NCBI GenBank assembly: GCA_900552105.1
Contig: URYH01000003.1
Span: 1 to 61,074, forward strand
Direction: 5' to 3'
Length of the DNA: 61,074 bases
Source: an uncultured Eubacteriales bacterium
Lineage (GTDB): Bacteria > Bacillota > Clostridia > Christensenellales > UBA1242
Made by a program: the position numbers and the translations under genes. How positions within the stretch are numbered: position 1 is the stretch's first letter; each line of letters begins with the position of its first letter. The notes below the pieces were generated by a model. It saw only the letters and a list, made by a program, of their open reading frames with translations. It had not been told where the DNA came from and made no database searches. Shown piece after piece: positions 47,918 through 58,560 of the stretch.

Positions 47918-48878
47918 TCCAAATTGTCAAGGCAAAAATCATGCCAATCCACAAGAGTTTGTTCGCAAAAACTTGTCCGCGGACTTTGCGTTCAAGCAGT
48001 TTTTCTTGAGATTTTTGAATGTCGTTTTTGTCTTGCTTCTGATATTTTGTGAAAAGCCAAACAACAAGCCAAACAACAATTCCCGCTGCAATCGCCCCAA
48101 GAATTGCAAAAATAATAAATGTTGCATTAAATTCAATCGCAGATGTAGGCTTATTCCTTGATATATAATTTATTAACAAAACAACAAAATTATTAGTAAA
48201 ATGCAAAATCATTGAACATAACAAGTTTTTTGTTATGATGAAAACATAGCAAATAACAATTCCCAAAATAAACTGATAAACAGTTTGAGATGCATTGCCA
48301 TGAAATAATGCAAACAAAAACGAAGAAAAGAACACCGCGCTCACTTCCCCCATTTCTCTCATTCCGTTAAAGATGATGCCACGGAAAATCAACTCTTCGC
48401 AAATTGCCGGAAGAACAGCAAGCAACAAAACATTGAGCACAAACCACTCAAAGTTATCCATTGGAATGCCAATCGAAATCGAAGCGGTGTAGCCAATGAG
48501 TTCAAGCACCTTGTCAACGAGTGCGATAAAATAGTTGAGCCCAAAAAGACACACAAGCCCCAAGCCAATTGCAAGAAGTGGGTGCCACCATTTCATTTTG
48601 AATTTTATTCCGCTTGCATTTTTCCAATCAATGTTTTTTGCTTTGTTGATTATGCAAAAATAAGAAAAATAGCAAACAGGTCCAACCAAACATGAAACAA
48701 TTTTTGCTCCAAGCCCGCCGCTCGCACCAAATGCTTGCAAAACAAGCAAAATAACAACCGCCAAAAGTTGTGGCACAATGCAACAAACAGCAAAGCCAAG
48801 CCCGCTGTCGTTTGGGTCGTAATAGAGTTTTTTGTCGATTGGTTGCATGGATTGCAACTCTGTATTTTTGGTTTTCAC
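47898..48878 (-). CDS. CPBP-family intramembrane glutamic endopeptidase (tandem paralogue)
   Basis: EELIFRG ... FALFH ... HFTNN motifs. Confidence 0.8.
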   Translation of the reverse strand: MKTKNTELQSMQPIDKKLYYDPNDSGLGFAVCCIVPQLLAVVILLVLQAFGASGGLGAKIVSCLVGPVCYFSYFCIINKAKNIDWKNASGIKFKMKWWHPLLAIGLGLVCLFGLNYFIALVDKVLELIGYTASISIGIPMDNFEWFVLNVLLLAVLPAICEELIFRGIIFNGMREMGEVSAVFFSSFLFALFHGNASQTVYQFILGIVICYVFIITKNLLCSMILHFTNNFVVLLINYISRNKPTSAIEFNATFIIFAILGAIAAGIVVWLVVWLFTKYQKQDKNDIQKSQEKLLERKVRGQVFANKLLWIGMIFALTIWIADFKY

Positions 48879-48924
48879 ATGCCCATTTTAGCACACAACA
48901 AAAATATATCAAATCAATTTTGCA

Positions 48925-49959
48925 TTATTGCAGTGTCACTTGTGCGACAAATGTGTTTGAATTTCTATCAATTTCGAGTTCAATCACATCTCCCGCTTGA
49001 TAGTTATATAATTCAACCCTCATGTCAAGAAGTGTTGAAATCGCTTTCCCGTTGATTTTTGTGATGACATCTCCAATTTTTATACCCGCCTTAAAACATG
49101 GTCCTTTTTCGCTGACATTCATGACATACACTCCATCTTTTTGAGTGGTTTTGTCATAGTATTTTGCAGTCGTTGCATCAAATCCAAAAAGTCCAAGATA
49201 TGGTGTTTCAAAACTGAGTCCTTTTGTGATTTTGTTGAGAACTGGCACACAAATCTCAATGGGAATGGCAAACCCCAACCCTTCGGCTTGACTTGCTTTG
49301 AGAGTGTTGATTCCAACAAGTTGACCTCGAAGATTAAACAACGGTCCGCCAGAGTTGCCAGGGTTTATGCTCGCATCGTGTTGAATGAGGTTTTGAACAT
49401 AAGAAGTTGTTCCGTTTGAATTTTCAATCTCAACTGTGCGGTTTAGCGCCGAAACAATACCTTTTGTCACAGTTTGTTCAAACTGCAAACTGAGTGGTGT
49501 TCCAATTGCAAGAATATCTTGTCCTTTTTTGAGGTTGGTTGACGCACTCATTTCAACATATGGAAGATCAACTCCCGCTTTGAGAATTGCAAGGTCTTGG
49601 TCCGCATCACGCCAAATGACACTTGCCGAAGTTGTGTCGTTGTTCGCCAGATACAAAGTCAAACTTTTTGCTCCATCAATCACGTGATTGTTTGTGACAA
49701 CATATCCCCCGCTTGCAACTGCAACACCGCTTCCAATCGCCTCGGTTTTGTTTGAAGTCGCCCTGATTGCGACACTTGCAACACTCACAGCACTCACGAC
49801 ATCTTCAGCACTTGTTTGTGACAAAGTCACCATGCGTGGAGTCATGTCGATTGAATAATCAACCGAGCTTCTCCCAAACGCACAACCCGTTAGCGGCACT
49901 GCAAAAAACAAAATGACAACAAACAAAAATCCCACTTTTTTCATAAAAAATCGCTCCAA
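48925..49959 (-). CDS. HtrA/DegP-type trypsin-like serine protease with a PDZ domain
   Basis: TNNHV, GNSGGPL and a C-terminal PDZ-like region. It is adjacent to walJ, as B. subtilis htrC is. Confidence 0.85.
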   Translation of the reverse strand: MERFFMKKVGFLFVVILFFAVPLTGCAFGRSSVDYSIDMTPRMVTLSQTSAEDVVSAVSVASVAIRATSNKTEAIGSGVAVASGGYVVTNNHVIDGAKSLTLYLANNDTTSASVIWRDADQDLAILKAGVDLPYVEMSASTNLKKGQDILAIGTPLSLQFEQTVTKGIVSALNRTVEIENSNGTTSYVQNLIQHDASINPGNSGGPLFNLRGQLVGINTLKASQAEGLGFAIPIEICVPVLNKITKGLSFETPYLGLFGFDATTAKYYDKTTQKDGVYVMNVSEKGPCFKAGIKIGDVITKINGKAISTLLDMRVELYNYQAGDVIELEIDRNSNTFVAQVTLQ

Positions 49960-49979
49960 AACTTTTGAATTTTGTGCGA

Positions 49980-50771
49980 TTAGCGAAGATTAAATATTGT
50001 GGTTGGTCGGTCTTGCCGTGCAATATCAATTCTGATGTTTTCTCCCTGCTTGATGCCGTGTTCATCAAGATAGGTGCAAACCGTGTTGAACGCCAACTCG
50101 GGCGTGTTGTTCTTTTCGCTCAAATGACTGAGCACAACTTGCTTTGTTCCATATCCCGAAAGTTTTTCAATCGCTTTTGCCGATGCAACATTTGACAAAT
50201 GCCCGCGACTCGACAAAATTCTGCGTTTGAGCGACAAAGGATAATTTGGATTGTCCATAAGCATTTGCTCGTCATGATTTGCTTCAAGATAAACCAACAC
50301 ACTTCCCGCAACTTGCGACAAAATTCTATCATTAGTTTGCCCCAAGTCTGTCAAAATACTAAATTTTTTGCCATTTTGTTCAAAACAAAAGCCAAAACAC
50401 GAAAAACTGTCATGCGGAAGTTTTATTGGAGTTATTTTGATTTTGCCAATTTCAAAAGGCAATTCAAAAAAAGCCATTTGATTAACTGGATTGACGTTGC
50501 TTTGTTTTGCAAGAATTGCTTGCCATTCGTCAACATGGGCATAAATTTTTTTGTTATATTTTTTCGAAAGCGTTGCAAGACTTCTGATGTGGTCAATATG
50601 TTCATGAGAAATGACAACGGCATCAATATCGTCAATCGTGACACCAAGCATGCCGAGTCTTGCCGACAAATCATTTATTGTCAGCCCGCAATCGACCAAT
50701 ATTTTTGTTTTATCCCCCTCAACATAGGTGCAGTTGCCCGCACTCCCGCTTGCGAGGTTGCAAACTCTCAT
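49980..50771 (-). CDS. walJ: MBL-fold metallo-hydrolase WalJ/YycJ-like
   Basis: LASGSAGNCTYVE and SHEHIDH motifs. Confidence 0.8.
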   Translation of the reverse strand: MRVCNLASGSAGNCTYVEGDKTKILVDCGLTINDLSARLGMLGVTIDDIDAVVISHEHIDHIRSLATLSKKYNKKIYAHVDEWQAILAKQSNVNPVNQMAFFELPFEIGKIKITPIKLPHDSFSCFGFCFEQNGKKFSILTDLGQTNDRILSQVAGSVLVYLEANHDEQMLMDNPNYPLSLKRRILSSRGHLSNVASAKAIEKLSGYGTKQVVLSHLSEKNNTPELAFNTVCTYLDEHGIKQGENIRIDIARQDRPTTIFNLR

Positions 50772-50838
50772 TTCTCCTCCAAAACTTTTTTAGTATATCA
50801 CACAAAAAAGTCAAAGTGTATAATATTTTCAAAATTTG

Positions 50839-50867
50839 TTTGACACGAAATTTATAAATATGGATAA
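50839..50867 (+). promoter_or_regulatory. Predicted promoter of rubrerythrin
   Basis: TTGACA (50839-50844), a 17-nt spacer, then GATAAT (50862-50867). The AT-rich spacer tttataaatat is loosely Fur/PerR-box-like. Confidence 0.5.
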
Positions 50868-50890
50868 TAAAGAAAAAAGGAGAAAAACAT

Positions 50891-51430
50891 ATGGAATTAA
50901 AAGGTTCAAAAACAGAAAAAAATCTTATGGAAGCTTTCGCTGGCGAAAGCCAAGCAAGAAATAAATACACCTACTTTGCTTCGCAAGCAAAAAAGGACGG
51001 ATTTGTTCAAATTGCAAACATCTTTGAAGAAACCGCAAACAACGAAAAAGAGCACGCAAAACTTTGGTTCAAACATCTCAAAGGCGGAAAAATTCCAACA
51101 ACGGTTGAAAACTTGATTGAAGCTGCTGCTGGCGAACATGGAGAGTGGACCGACATGTATGAAAGAATGGCAAGAGAAGCAAAAGAAGAAGGCTTCAACC
51201 AAATTGCAGAGCAATTCTTGGGAGTTGCAAAAATCGAAAAAGAGCATGAAGAAAGATATCTCAAACTCCTTGAAAACATCAAAAATGGTTCAGTGTTTGA
51301 AAAAGGCGAAACCAATGTTTGGATTTGCACAAACTGCGGACATATTCATGTTGGAAAACAAGCACCACTTGTTTGCCCAGTATGTGCTCACCCACAAGCA
51401 TACTTCGAACTCCGTTCCGTCAACTACTAA
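50891..51430 (+). CDS. rbr: Rubrerythrin
   Basis: Di-iron ExxH motifs and a C-terminal rubredoxin-type CTNCG...CPVC. Confidence 0.95.
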   Translation: MELKGSKTEKNLMEAFAGESQARNKYTYFASQAKKDGFVQIANIFEETANNEKEHAKLWFKHLKGGKIPTTVENLIEAAAGEHGEWTDMYERMAREAKEEGFNQIAEQFLGVAKIEKEHEERYLKLLENIKNGSVFEKGETNVWICTNCGHIHVGKQAPLVCPVCAHPQAYFELRSVNY

Positions 51431-51440
51431 TATTTTTACA

Positions 51441-51471
51441 AAAAAGCATCGCATTGTGCGATGCTTTTTTG
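51441..51471. terminator. Bidirectional intrinsic terminator
   Basis: Stem gcatcgc/gcgatgc flanked by an A-run and a T-run. Confidence 0.75.
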
Positions 51472-51550
51472 TTGAATTGAACCATGTATCTTCTGACATA
51501 AAGCAGGTAAGATTAAAAATTTTTCGTTTGCAACGTTTTTCGCCCGTCTT

Positions 51551-52438
51551 TTATTCCTCAATAAACCTCAAAACATCTTGCATAACTTCGTCTTTTTTTG
51601 TTTCTTGAACAAGTCCGTGGCGGAGTCCGGCATAGAGTTTCATTTGAACATTCAGTCCAAGGTCACAATAGAGGTCATAGAGTTTTTTCACTGATTTTGA
51701 ATAATCGCCGATTGGGTCATCTTCGCCAGAAATGATAAAAATTGGTTTGCGAGTGTCAATTTTTGCAAGTTCTTTCACCGAGTAAAGTTTGAGTTGATTT
51801 GAGAACATATCTTTGTAGAATGCGTTTTCAAATGGCAAAGCATTCATTTCGTCATCATAGAATTTTTTTGCTTCTTCTTCATCTGATGTTATCCAACTGC
51901 CGGTCTTAAATTTTTTCTGATATGAATTAAATGACATATTTTCGATGAGATGTGCTTTTTTGTGAGCACCACCAAAAGCACAGAACAAACCTGCCATAAA
52001 CTTCCCAAAGCGAATGAGTGGTTTTTTCATATAAGACGAACCACACAAAATCACCTTTTCATAACCAGAGTAGAGTTGGATATATCTTTGAAGAATAAAC
52101 GACCCATAGGAATGCCCAAACACATAAAGCGGAAGCGACGATTTGCTCTTTATCATTTTGCTCAAAAATATTTGGTCTTGAACAATGTTTTTGAAAAGCG
52201 TTTCGCGACACACTCCAATTTGTGACAAATCGCCCGCAGTTTTTCCATGCGCACGAAGGTCAAGTCCCACCACAGCATAACCATGTTGGTTCAAAAATTT
52301 TGCAAAATTAAAATAAGTTTTTACACTTTCTTGCATGCCGTGAATGATTTGGACAATGCCTTTTGGGTTTTCGACTTCGTCAAAGATATAAATGTGTTGT
52401 TTTGTGTTGTTATAAGTCAAAAAATCTTCTTCTTTCAT
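51551..52438 (-). CDS. Alpha/beta hydrolase (lysophospholipase / monoacylglycerol lipase-like)
   Basis: GHSYGS nucleophile elbow. The start ATG overlaps the glpK stop (ATGA). Confidence 0.75.
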   Translation of the reverse strand: MKEEDFLTYNNTKQHIYIFDEVENPKGIVQIIHGMQESVKTYFNFAKFLNQHGYAVVGLDLRAHGKTAGDLSQIGVCRETLFKNIVQDQIFLSKMIKSKSSLPLYVFGHSYGSFILQRYIQLYSGYEKVILCGSSYMKKPLIRFGKFMAGLFCAFGGAHKKAHLIENMSFNSYQKKFKTGSWITSDEEEAKKFYDDEMNALPFENAFYKDMFSNQLKLYSVKELAKIDTRKPIFIISGEDDPIGDYSKSVKKLYDLYCDLGLNVQMKLYAGLRHGLVQETKKDEVMQDVLRFIEE

Positions 52439-53910
52439 CACACCCTCCATTTTCTCGCGACTGCAACGCCGCGTTTCCATTTTTTGTAATCCTTTTGAAT
52501 TCTTGAATTTCGCCCGGGCAAAAATCTTGCTCGCTCCACCCAACGGAAAGCAATGTCATCAAGACTCTTAAATGCACCCATTGAGAGAGCACACATGAAG
52601 CACGCGCCCAAAATCGTGCTTTCGGTCGTTCTTGGAATGAGAATGTCAACTCTGCTTAAATCTGCTTGAAGTTGCATCAACAAACCATTTTTGGTCATTC
52701 CGCCGTCACATCGAAGGCATGTGATTTCAATGCCACTATCCCGCATTTCTTGCATCATATCTTCCGTTCGATACGCGACAGATTCAAGGCAAGCACGAAT
52801 CATATGGCACCGATTTGTTCCGCGGTCAAGCCCCAAGAATGCCCCGCGGGCAGAACTATCCCAATATGGAGACCCAAGACCTGTGAGAGCTGGGATGAAA
52901 TAAACCCCATTTGGCGATTTGACACGTGAAGCAAGTTCTTCAATCTGATTTGTGTTATCAAAAACTTTGAGTCCATCTTTAAGCCATGTCATGATGCTGC
53001 CCGCATTAAACACGCTTCCTTCATATGCATATGTCACTTTGCCGTCAATTTGATAAGCAACTGTTGTCAAAAGTTTTTCGCTTGTTCCCTCAAGCGTTTC
53101 ACCAATGTTTGCAAGCATAAAGCAACCCGTTCCATAGGTGTTTTTCACCATACCCTTTTCAAAACAGCATTGCCCAAAAAGAGCTGCTTGCTGATCTCCC
53201 AAAATTCCCGCGACATCAACTTTGCCACAAGACAATGTGGTTTTTCCAACAACACAGTTTGAGTCAACCACTTCTGCAAGCCATTCCTTTTTGACACCAA
53301 AAATTGAAAGCAGTTCATTATCCCATTTTCCCTCTTTGATGTTGTATAACATTGTTCTTGACGCATTTGTTGCATCAGTCACAAACTCTCCTGTAAGACG
53401 ATATAGCAAAAAACTATCAATCGTCCCCATGCAAAGGCGTTTTTCACGTTCAAGTTCTTTTGCTTTTGGGACATTATCATAAATCCAACGCATTTTTGTT
53501 GCAGAAAAATACGCATCAGGAATAAGCCCTGTTTTTTCACGAATAATTCTTTTTTTCTCGGCAGATAAAGCACCAATCACCTTTGCAGTTCGCCTGCACT
53601 GCCAGTTGATTGCATTATATATTGGCTGTCCGCTGATTCTGTCCCACGCAACAACTGTTTCACGCTGATTTGTTAGAGCAAGTCCCACAATCTCATGAGC
53701 ACCGATTCCCATTTCAAGACATTTTTCAACTGCGGCAATTTGAGCAGAATAAATTTCGTTCGCATCTTGTTCTACCCAACCATTTGCCGGATAAATTTGT
53801 CCAATCTTGATTGAGTGCATGTTGACAAGTTCATTTTTTTCAATATCAAACACTGCAGCACGGGCAGATGTTGTGCCCTCATCAATCGCAAGAATATATT
53901 TTCTTTTCAT
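52438..53910 (-). CDS. glpK: Glycerol kinase
   Basis: YILAIDEGTTSARA, and FGGY-family motifs throughout. The ATG at 53910 is preceded by ggggga. Confidence 0.95.
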   Translation of the reverse strand: MKRKYILAIDEGTTSARAAVFDIEKNELVNMHSIKIGQIYPANGWVEQDANEIYSAQIAAVEKCLEMGIGAHEIVGLALTNQRETVVAWDRISGQPIYNAINWQCRRTAKVIGALSAEKKRIIREKTGLIPDAYFSATKMRWIYDNVPKAKELEREKRLCMGTIDSFLLYRLTGEFVTDATNASRTMLYNIKEGKWDNELLSIFGVKKEWLAEVVDSNCVVGKTTLSCGKVDVAGILGDQQAALFGQCCFEKGMVKNTYGTGCFMLANIGETLEGTSEKLLTTVAYQIDGKVTYAYEGSVFNAGSIMTWLKDGLKVFDNTNQIEELASRVKSPNGVYFIPALTGLGSPYWDSSARGAFLGLDRGTNRCHMIRACLESVAYRTEDMMQEMRDSGIEITCLRCDGGMTKNGLLMQLQADLSRVDILIPRTTESTILGACFMCALSMGAFKSLDDIAFRWVERARFLPGRNSRIQKDYKKWKRGVAVARKWRV

Positions 53911-53965
53911 ACTATCCCCCAATATTGTTTAGTTTGCCAGTTTTTTAATTTTGTGTCAAACGTTC

Positions 53966-54298
53966 TCAGACCCCCGTCACAACAATATCAGCATCAGTCT
54001 TTGCAACATTTTTTATCAAAATTTCGCCAAATTGATAATTTTTTGGCGGAATCAAAGCAATTTCATGCAAAACTTCTTTAATTTTACTTTTTTCAACAGG
54101 GCAAGTGGTCTTGACCGAACAATATAAATCTTTGGAACATTTGACAATGCTCGTCACAATTCTTTTTGGACAAGTTGCCTCGTCAACCCCATATTGTTTG
54201 CCCCTTGGACACAAATTGCCCACAACACTAACTTCGTTTTCGTCTTTTGTGATTTCAAGTTGACAACCAATTGGACACATTATGCAAGTTGTTTTCAC
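53966..54298 (-). CDS. DUF1667 protein (third component of the anaerobic-type glycerol-3-phosphate dehydrogenase-like cluster)
   Basis: CIMCPIGC...GNLCPRG pattern. The GTG start at 54298 overlaps the upstream stop. Confidence 0.75.
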   Translation of the reverse strand: MKTTCIMCPIGCQLEITKDENEVSVVGNLCPRGKQYGVDEATCPKRIVTSIVKCSKDLYCSVKTTCPVEKSKIKEVLHEIALIPPKNYQFGEILIKNVAKTDADIVVTGV

Positions 54299-55521
54299 TC
54301 TTTTTCCCCCTCGACAAAAATTTTTAATTCTCCCGTCCCACACTTTGGGAGCTCAATTTCTTGCATGCTTCCCGGAAGAATTGCTGGACAAAATTTTTCA
54401 ACCAATATTTCCCCGTTTTGGGTCAATTTGATTTTTGCTTTTTTAAGTTTTGATTTAACCCTGAAAAATAGTTTTATATTTTGTGCGTTTTCATGAACTA
54501 TTTGAGGAATGCAATATGATATGTTGTCGTCGCAAACGACATCAAACGTTTTTTGTTTGTTTTTGTTGTTAATGTGGTTTATTGCTCCGAGTGCAGCAAT
54601 CTCGCCTTCTTCCGCCGCATTGTCCGCAAGGTCATGAATATGAAGTGAATTTCCCGCAACAAACACACCATCAAGAGATGTCATGCGATTTTCGTCAACT
54701 TTTGCATTCGCAGAACCCCCAAAAAAGTCGATTTGATTTTTCAAAAGTTCGGTTTCAGGAATAAGTCCAACCGACAGCAGAACGCAGTCACACTCAACAA
54801 ATCTTTTTGTTTCTTCAAGCGGTTTTTTGTTGTCGTCAACCTTTGCAACCCAAACGCCTTCAACTCTGTCGGTCCCAACAACTTGAATGATGGTTGAAGA
54901 ATATTCAAGTGGAATATCAAAATCTTCAACGCATTGACGAATATTTCTCTGAAGCCCAGCAGAAGTTTTTCCAATTTCAAATATTCCCGCAACATCTGCC
55001 CCTTCAAATTTGAGCCTTCTTGCAAGAATTAGTCCAATGTCGCCACTGCCCAAAATAACTGCTTTTTTGCCAACAAGTTTTCCGTGGTGGTTAATCATTT
55101 TTTGAGCAAATCCCGCAGTGTAAACACCCGAAGGTCTTGAGCCCAACAAACTCACACCACCCGCCGTTCTCTCACGAGCACCAGTTGTCACAATCACTGC
55201 TTTACACATAATCTTTTGCACGCCCTCGGCGTTTGTTATTTCAACTTGACCTTTGTTTATTTTTGTAACAAAAGAATTTGTCAAAATGTTCAAATTCTTA
55301 TTTTCAAAGTCTTCAAGCATTTTGTGCACAAATTCAGGACCTGTGAGTTCCTCCCCAAAAAATTTGAGTCCAAATCCGTTGTGAATGCATTGATTCAAAA
55401 TGCCACCCAGCCGTTCATCTCTCTCGACAAGAAGTGTTTTGTATCCATGACTTGATGCAACCTTGCTCGCATTTAGTCCCGCAGGACCACCGCCCACAAC
55501 AACAATGTCATATTTTTTCAT
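54295..55521 (-). CDS. NAD(P)/FAD-dependent pyridine nucleotide-disulfide oxidoreductase family protein
   Basis: Two Rossmann GxGxxG motifs (VVVGGGPAGL, VILGSGDIGL). ATGA overlap with the upstream gene. Confidence 0.85.
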   Translation of the reverse strand: MKKYDIVVVGGGPAGLNASKVASSHGYKTLLVERDERLGGILNQCIHNGFGLKFFGEELTGPEFVHKMLEDFENKNLNILTNSFVTKINKGQVEITNAEGVQKIMCKAVIVTTGARERTAGGVSLLGSRPSGVYTAGFAQKMINHHGKLVGKKAVILGSGDIGLILARRLKFEGADVAGIFEIGKTSAGLQRNIRQCVEDFDIPLEYSSTIIQVVGTDRVEGVWVAKVDDNKKPLEETKRFVECDCVLLSVGLIPETELLKNQIDFFGGSANAKVDENRMTSLDGVFVAGNSLHIHDLADNAAEEGEIAALGAINHINNKNKQKTFDVVCDDNISYCIPQIVHENAQNIKLFFRVKSKLKKAKIKLTQNGEILVEKFCPAILPGSMQEIELPKCGTGELKIFVEGEKE

Positions 55522-56909
55522 TTCTTCACCTCGTATGGAACAGCTTGTGAGTTTTGGTGTTCTTTGCAAATATCTGTCATGTCAATATTATTTTGTTTGG
55601 AAATTGCCTGCAAAATTCTGCTCCCGCAAAATCCACCTTGACACCTGCCCATGCCGGCACGCACTCTGCGTTTGAGTCCGTCAATTGTTTTGGGGTGTAG
55701 CGGGCTTGACATTGCCTCGTTAATTTCTCCCAAACTCACATTTTCACATCGGCACACAATTTTTCCGTAGTCTGGATTTTGTTTTATTAACTTGTTTTTT
55801 TGACGAGTTGAAAGTTTGCTCATTCTCGTGTAAGGCACGCGACGGGTTGCTTGTATTTTCCCAGTTTCGCCCAACATGCTTTTGACATACTCGCCAATCG
55901 CAATCGCGCTGGATAGCCCTGGAGAACATATTCCCGCAATATTCACAAGCCCTTCAACAAGTTTGCTTTTTTCAATCACAAAGTCGTCACCAACATAACA
56001 ACGCACACCCGCAAACTCCCTGATTGCGTCTCGTGAAGGAAAAATGCCAAACATTTCTTTTATGTTCTCCCTAATTTTTTCAAGACCGCCACTCGTCGTG
56101 TCTTTGTCATCGCACCCGTCACTTGCAGTTGGCCCCAAAAGGACATTGCCGTCAACGGTTGGCGTTGCCAAAATTCCTTTTCCGAGTTTTGTCGGGAGTG
56201 GAAAAACAGAAAGGTTGACAAATTTTGGTTCAGTTTTGTCCAAAACATAATACTCGCCTTTTCTGAATTTTAGTTCATATATTTCGCCGCCAACAAGTTT
56301 TGAGATCTCATTAAATCCCGCACCACTTGCATTGATTATGCACTTTGCTTCAATAATTTTGTCGGAATGAATAAAAAAATGTTCATTTTTGTCAATTTTT
56401 GTTATGTTTTGGCAAAATTTTATTTCTCCGCCATTGACAACCCCTTCTTCTGCAAGAGCGATTGTCAACATATATGGACTAATAAGTCCCGCATCACGAG
56501 CAAAAAGTGCGTAAGAATTTTTGCCCACAAGATTTGGACAAATTTTTTTGATTTGTTTTTTATTCAAAATTTTGAGGTGCTTAACCCCGTTGTTTTTGCC
56601 ACGCTCATAAAGTTTCTGCACCGCGGAAAGGTCATCACCAACAACAATTGCACCACAGCGAACAAATTCAATGCCCAAACGTTCTGCAAACTTTGAGATA
56701 AGAGATGCGCCCCTGACATTAAGCAAAGCTTTGAGCGTTCCTTCCTTCGCGTCAAATCCAGCATGAATAAGTCCAGAATTGGCTTTTGAGGCACCGAGTG
56801 CAACATCATTTTCTTTTTCCAAAAGAACACATTTTTTGCCCGCAAGAGTGAGTGAGTCAAACACTGCACACCCAACAACTCCGCCCCCAATTATGGCATA
56901 ATCAAACAT
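55518..56909 (-). CDS. FAD-dependent glycerol-3-phosphate dehydrogenase/oxidase-like protein with a BFD-type [2Fe-2S] domain
   Basis: IIGGGVVGCA and a C-terminal CRCENVSLGEI...CQGGFC. SD aggagg lies upstream of the ATG at 56909. Confidence 0.85.
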   Translation of the reverse strand: MFDYAIIGGGVVGCAVFDSLTLAGKKCVLLEKENDVALGASKANSGLIHAGFDAKEGTLKALLNVRGASLISKFAERLGIEFVRCGAIVVGDDLSAVQKLYERGKNNGVKHLKILNKKQIKKICPNLVGKNSYALFARDAGLISPYMLTIALAEEGVVNGGEIKFCQNITKIDKNEHFFIHSDKIIEAKCIINASGAGFNEISKLVGGEIYELKFRKGEYYVLDKTEPKFVNLSVFPLPTKLGKGILATPTVDGNVLLGPTASDGCDDKDTTSGGLEKIRENIKEMFGIFPSRDAIREFAGVRCYVGDDFVIEKSKLVEGLVNIAGICSPGLSSAIAIGEYVKSMLGETGKIQATRRVPYTRMSKLSTRQKNKLIKQNPDYGKIVCRCENVSLGEINEAMSSPLHPKTIDGLKRRVRAGMGRCQGGFCGSRILQAISKQNNIDMTDICKEHQNSQAVPYEVKK

Positions 56910-56920
56910 ATTCTCACCTC

Positions 56921-57640
56921 CTATGGTTTTGCCGATTTTCTTGTGAGCCCAGTCCACGAGAGCATTGCCCGAAAAAAGTCGCCAACATAAGTCATGAACG
57001 CCGCATGCAAAATGGCTTTGACGATTTTGATTTCATCTTCTTCCAACAAGTCCAAGTCTTCCAAAAGTTGCAGTCCAAGATTTGACGCTTCTTTTTCAAC
57101 AGCAAGCAGACGCGATTTATATATCAAAAGGACAAAGAACATAACAACCGACAACGCACAAAGCGCCGCCCCAACATAAAACGACACACCTTCAAAAAAC
57201 AAACAAACAATGCCGGCAATAAAAAGTGGTGTGATTAGTTTGCTGCCAATCGACACAAACGTTCTGATTTTTATGCATCTGCGAAACTTTTTTGTGTCCG
57301 CCTTTCTTTGCAAGGCATGTCCAAGTTCATGAGAGACAACAGCGAGTGCAGATATTGAATTGTCGCCGCCCCTATTCTCGCTCAAAATTAATGTGTTTGA
57401 AGCATAGTCATATGCATCAGAAAATTCGCCTTTTCGTGAAACAATCCCAAGCCTGCCACCAAGTTTTTTGTCGCGAACAAACTCCGCAAATTGCTCCGCC
57501 GTCAGATATGACGAGTTCTTAACATTTTGATATTCTTCAAAAAGTTGCTTGAATTTCATAAAAGAGTTTGAGGAAATCGAAATTGCCACAACCAAAAACA
57601 AAACGAGAACAACAATCGCAATAATAATCGCAATCTTCAT
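56921..57640 (-). CDS. Membrane zinc metallopeptidase (YugP / Zn_peptidase_2-like)
   Basis: HELGHALQ motif with flanking TM helices. Confidence 0.8.
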   Translation of the reverse strand: MKIAIIIAIVVLVLFLVVAISISSNSFMKFKQLFEEYQNVKNSSYLTAEQFAEFVRDKKLGGRLGIVSRKGEFSDAYDYASNTLILSENRGGDNSISALAVVSHELGHALQRKADTKKFRRCIKIRTFVSIGSKLITPLFIAGIVCLFFEGVSFYVGAALCALSVVMFFVLLIYKSRLLAVEKEASNLGLQLLEDLDLLEEDEIKIVKAILHAAFMTYVGDFFRAMLSWTGLTRKSAKP

Positions 57641-58248
57641 TCAATCCCCCACAATCTTAATTCTTCGCCAACCATTGTTTTTTCGCCATGACCTGGATAT
57701 ATATTGAAGTTCTTTGGAAAACTCAAAACCTTGTTTATTGACTTGATTTCGTCAAGTTCATTTCCTGTTGGCAAGTCGGTCCTGCCAACACCACCACGAA
57801 AAATCAAGTCGCCAACAAAAATATTGTCTTGGGCAACAAAACTCATTGAATCGTCTGTGTGTCCTGGCGTCTGAAAACACAAAAATTTTTCACCGCCAAC
57901 CTCAATCTCGTCACCATCACGAACAAAACTGATTTTGTCTTCGCACCCTTCAACCGAAAATGCCCTGTCACCATAAAATTGTTTTTCGTGATGAACAATT
58001 TTTTCATAACACTTTTTATGCATATAACATTTTGCGTCAAAGGTTTTCAAAATGTTTTCAAGGTTTGAAGCATGGTCAAAATGCGAATGTGTGAGAAAAA
58101 CTGCGTCAAGTTTTCGCTCACCAATCACTCGCTTTATTTGTTCGACTGTTGCCGTCGCTTCAACCATGGCAACAAAACTCTCGCCAACAATCAAATAGTT
58201 GTTGGTTGCAAGCGGTGTTGAAACAAGAGTTTTTATTTCAAATTGCAT
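57637..58248 (-). CDS. MBL-fold hydrolase (glyoxalase II-like)
   Basis: THSHFDH motif and downstream His/Asp ligands. Confidence 0.8.
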   Translation of the reverse strand: MQFEIKTLVSTPLATNNYLIVGESFVAMVEATATVEQIKRVIGERKLDAVFLTHSHFDHASNLENILKTFDAKCYMHKKCYEKIVHHEKQFYGDRAFSVEGCEDKISFVRDGDEIEVGGEKFLCFQTPGHTDDSMSFVAQDNIFVGDLIFRGGVGRTDLPTGNELDEIKSINKVLSFPKNFNIYPGHGEKTMVGEELRLWGIE

Positions 58249-58254
58249 ATTTTA

Positions 58255-58500
58255 TTATTCACCAAACTTTTCATTTTTGTCAATCAAAGCAACATATTCC
58301 AAAAATTTATGTTCGCGAATTGGCATCACGCTGCCATCTTTGAAATATATGAGAAGTGCGGGCGAAATATTGTTATATTCTTGAACAAACTCAAATTTCT
58401 CAACCCCCACCTGTGCAATCATTTTTTTAACCTTTGCATGATAATTAAAATACATATATTTATTATTATCAAAAACATCAATAATAAAAGAATAAAGCAT
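58255..58500 (-). CDS. Small hypothetical protein, possibly a thioredoxin-like fold without CxxC
   Basis: The start at MLYSF avoids overlap with the divergent gene. PALLIYFKDGSV resembles the Trx beta-strand motif. Confidence 0.35.
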   Translation of the reverse strand: MLYSFIIDVFDNNKYMYFNYHAKVKKMIAQVGVEKFEFVQEYNNISPALLIYFKDGSVMPIREHKFLEYVALIDKNEKFGE

Positions 58501-58560
58501 TATTGGTTGCCAATTATTTTTGTTTTGATATAATAAAAAAGATAAAAAGGAGCGACCCAC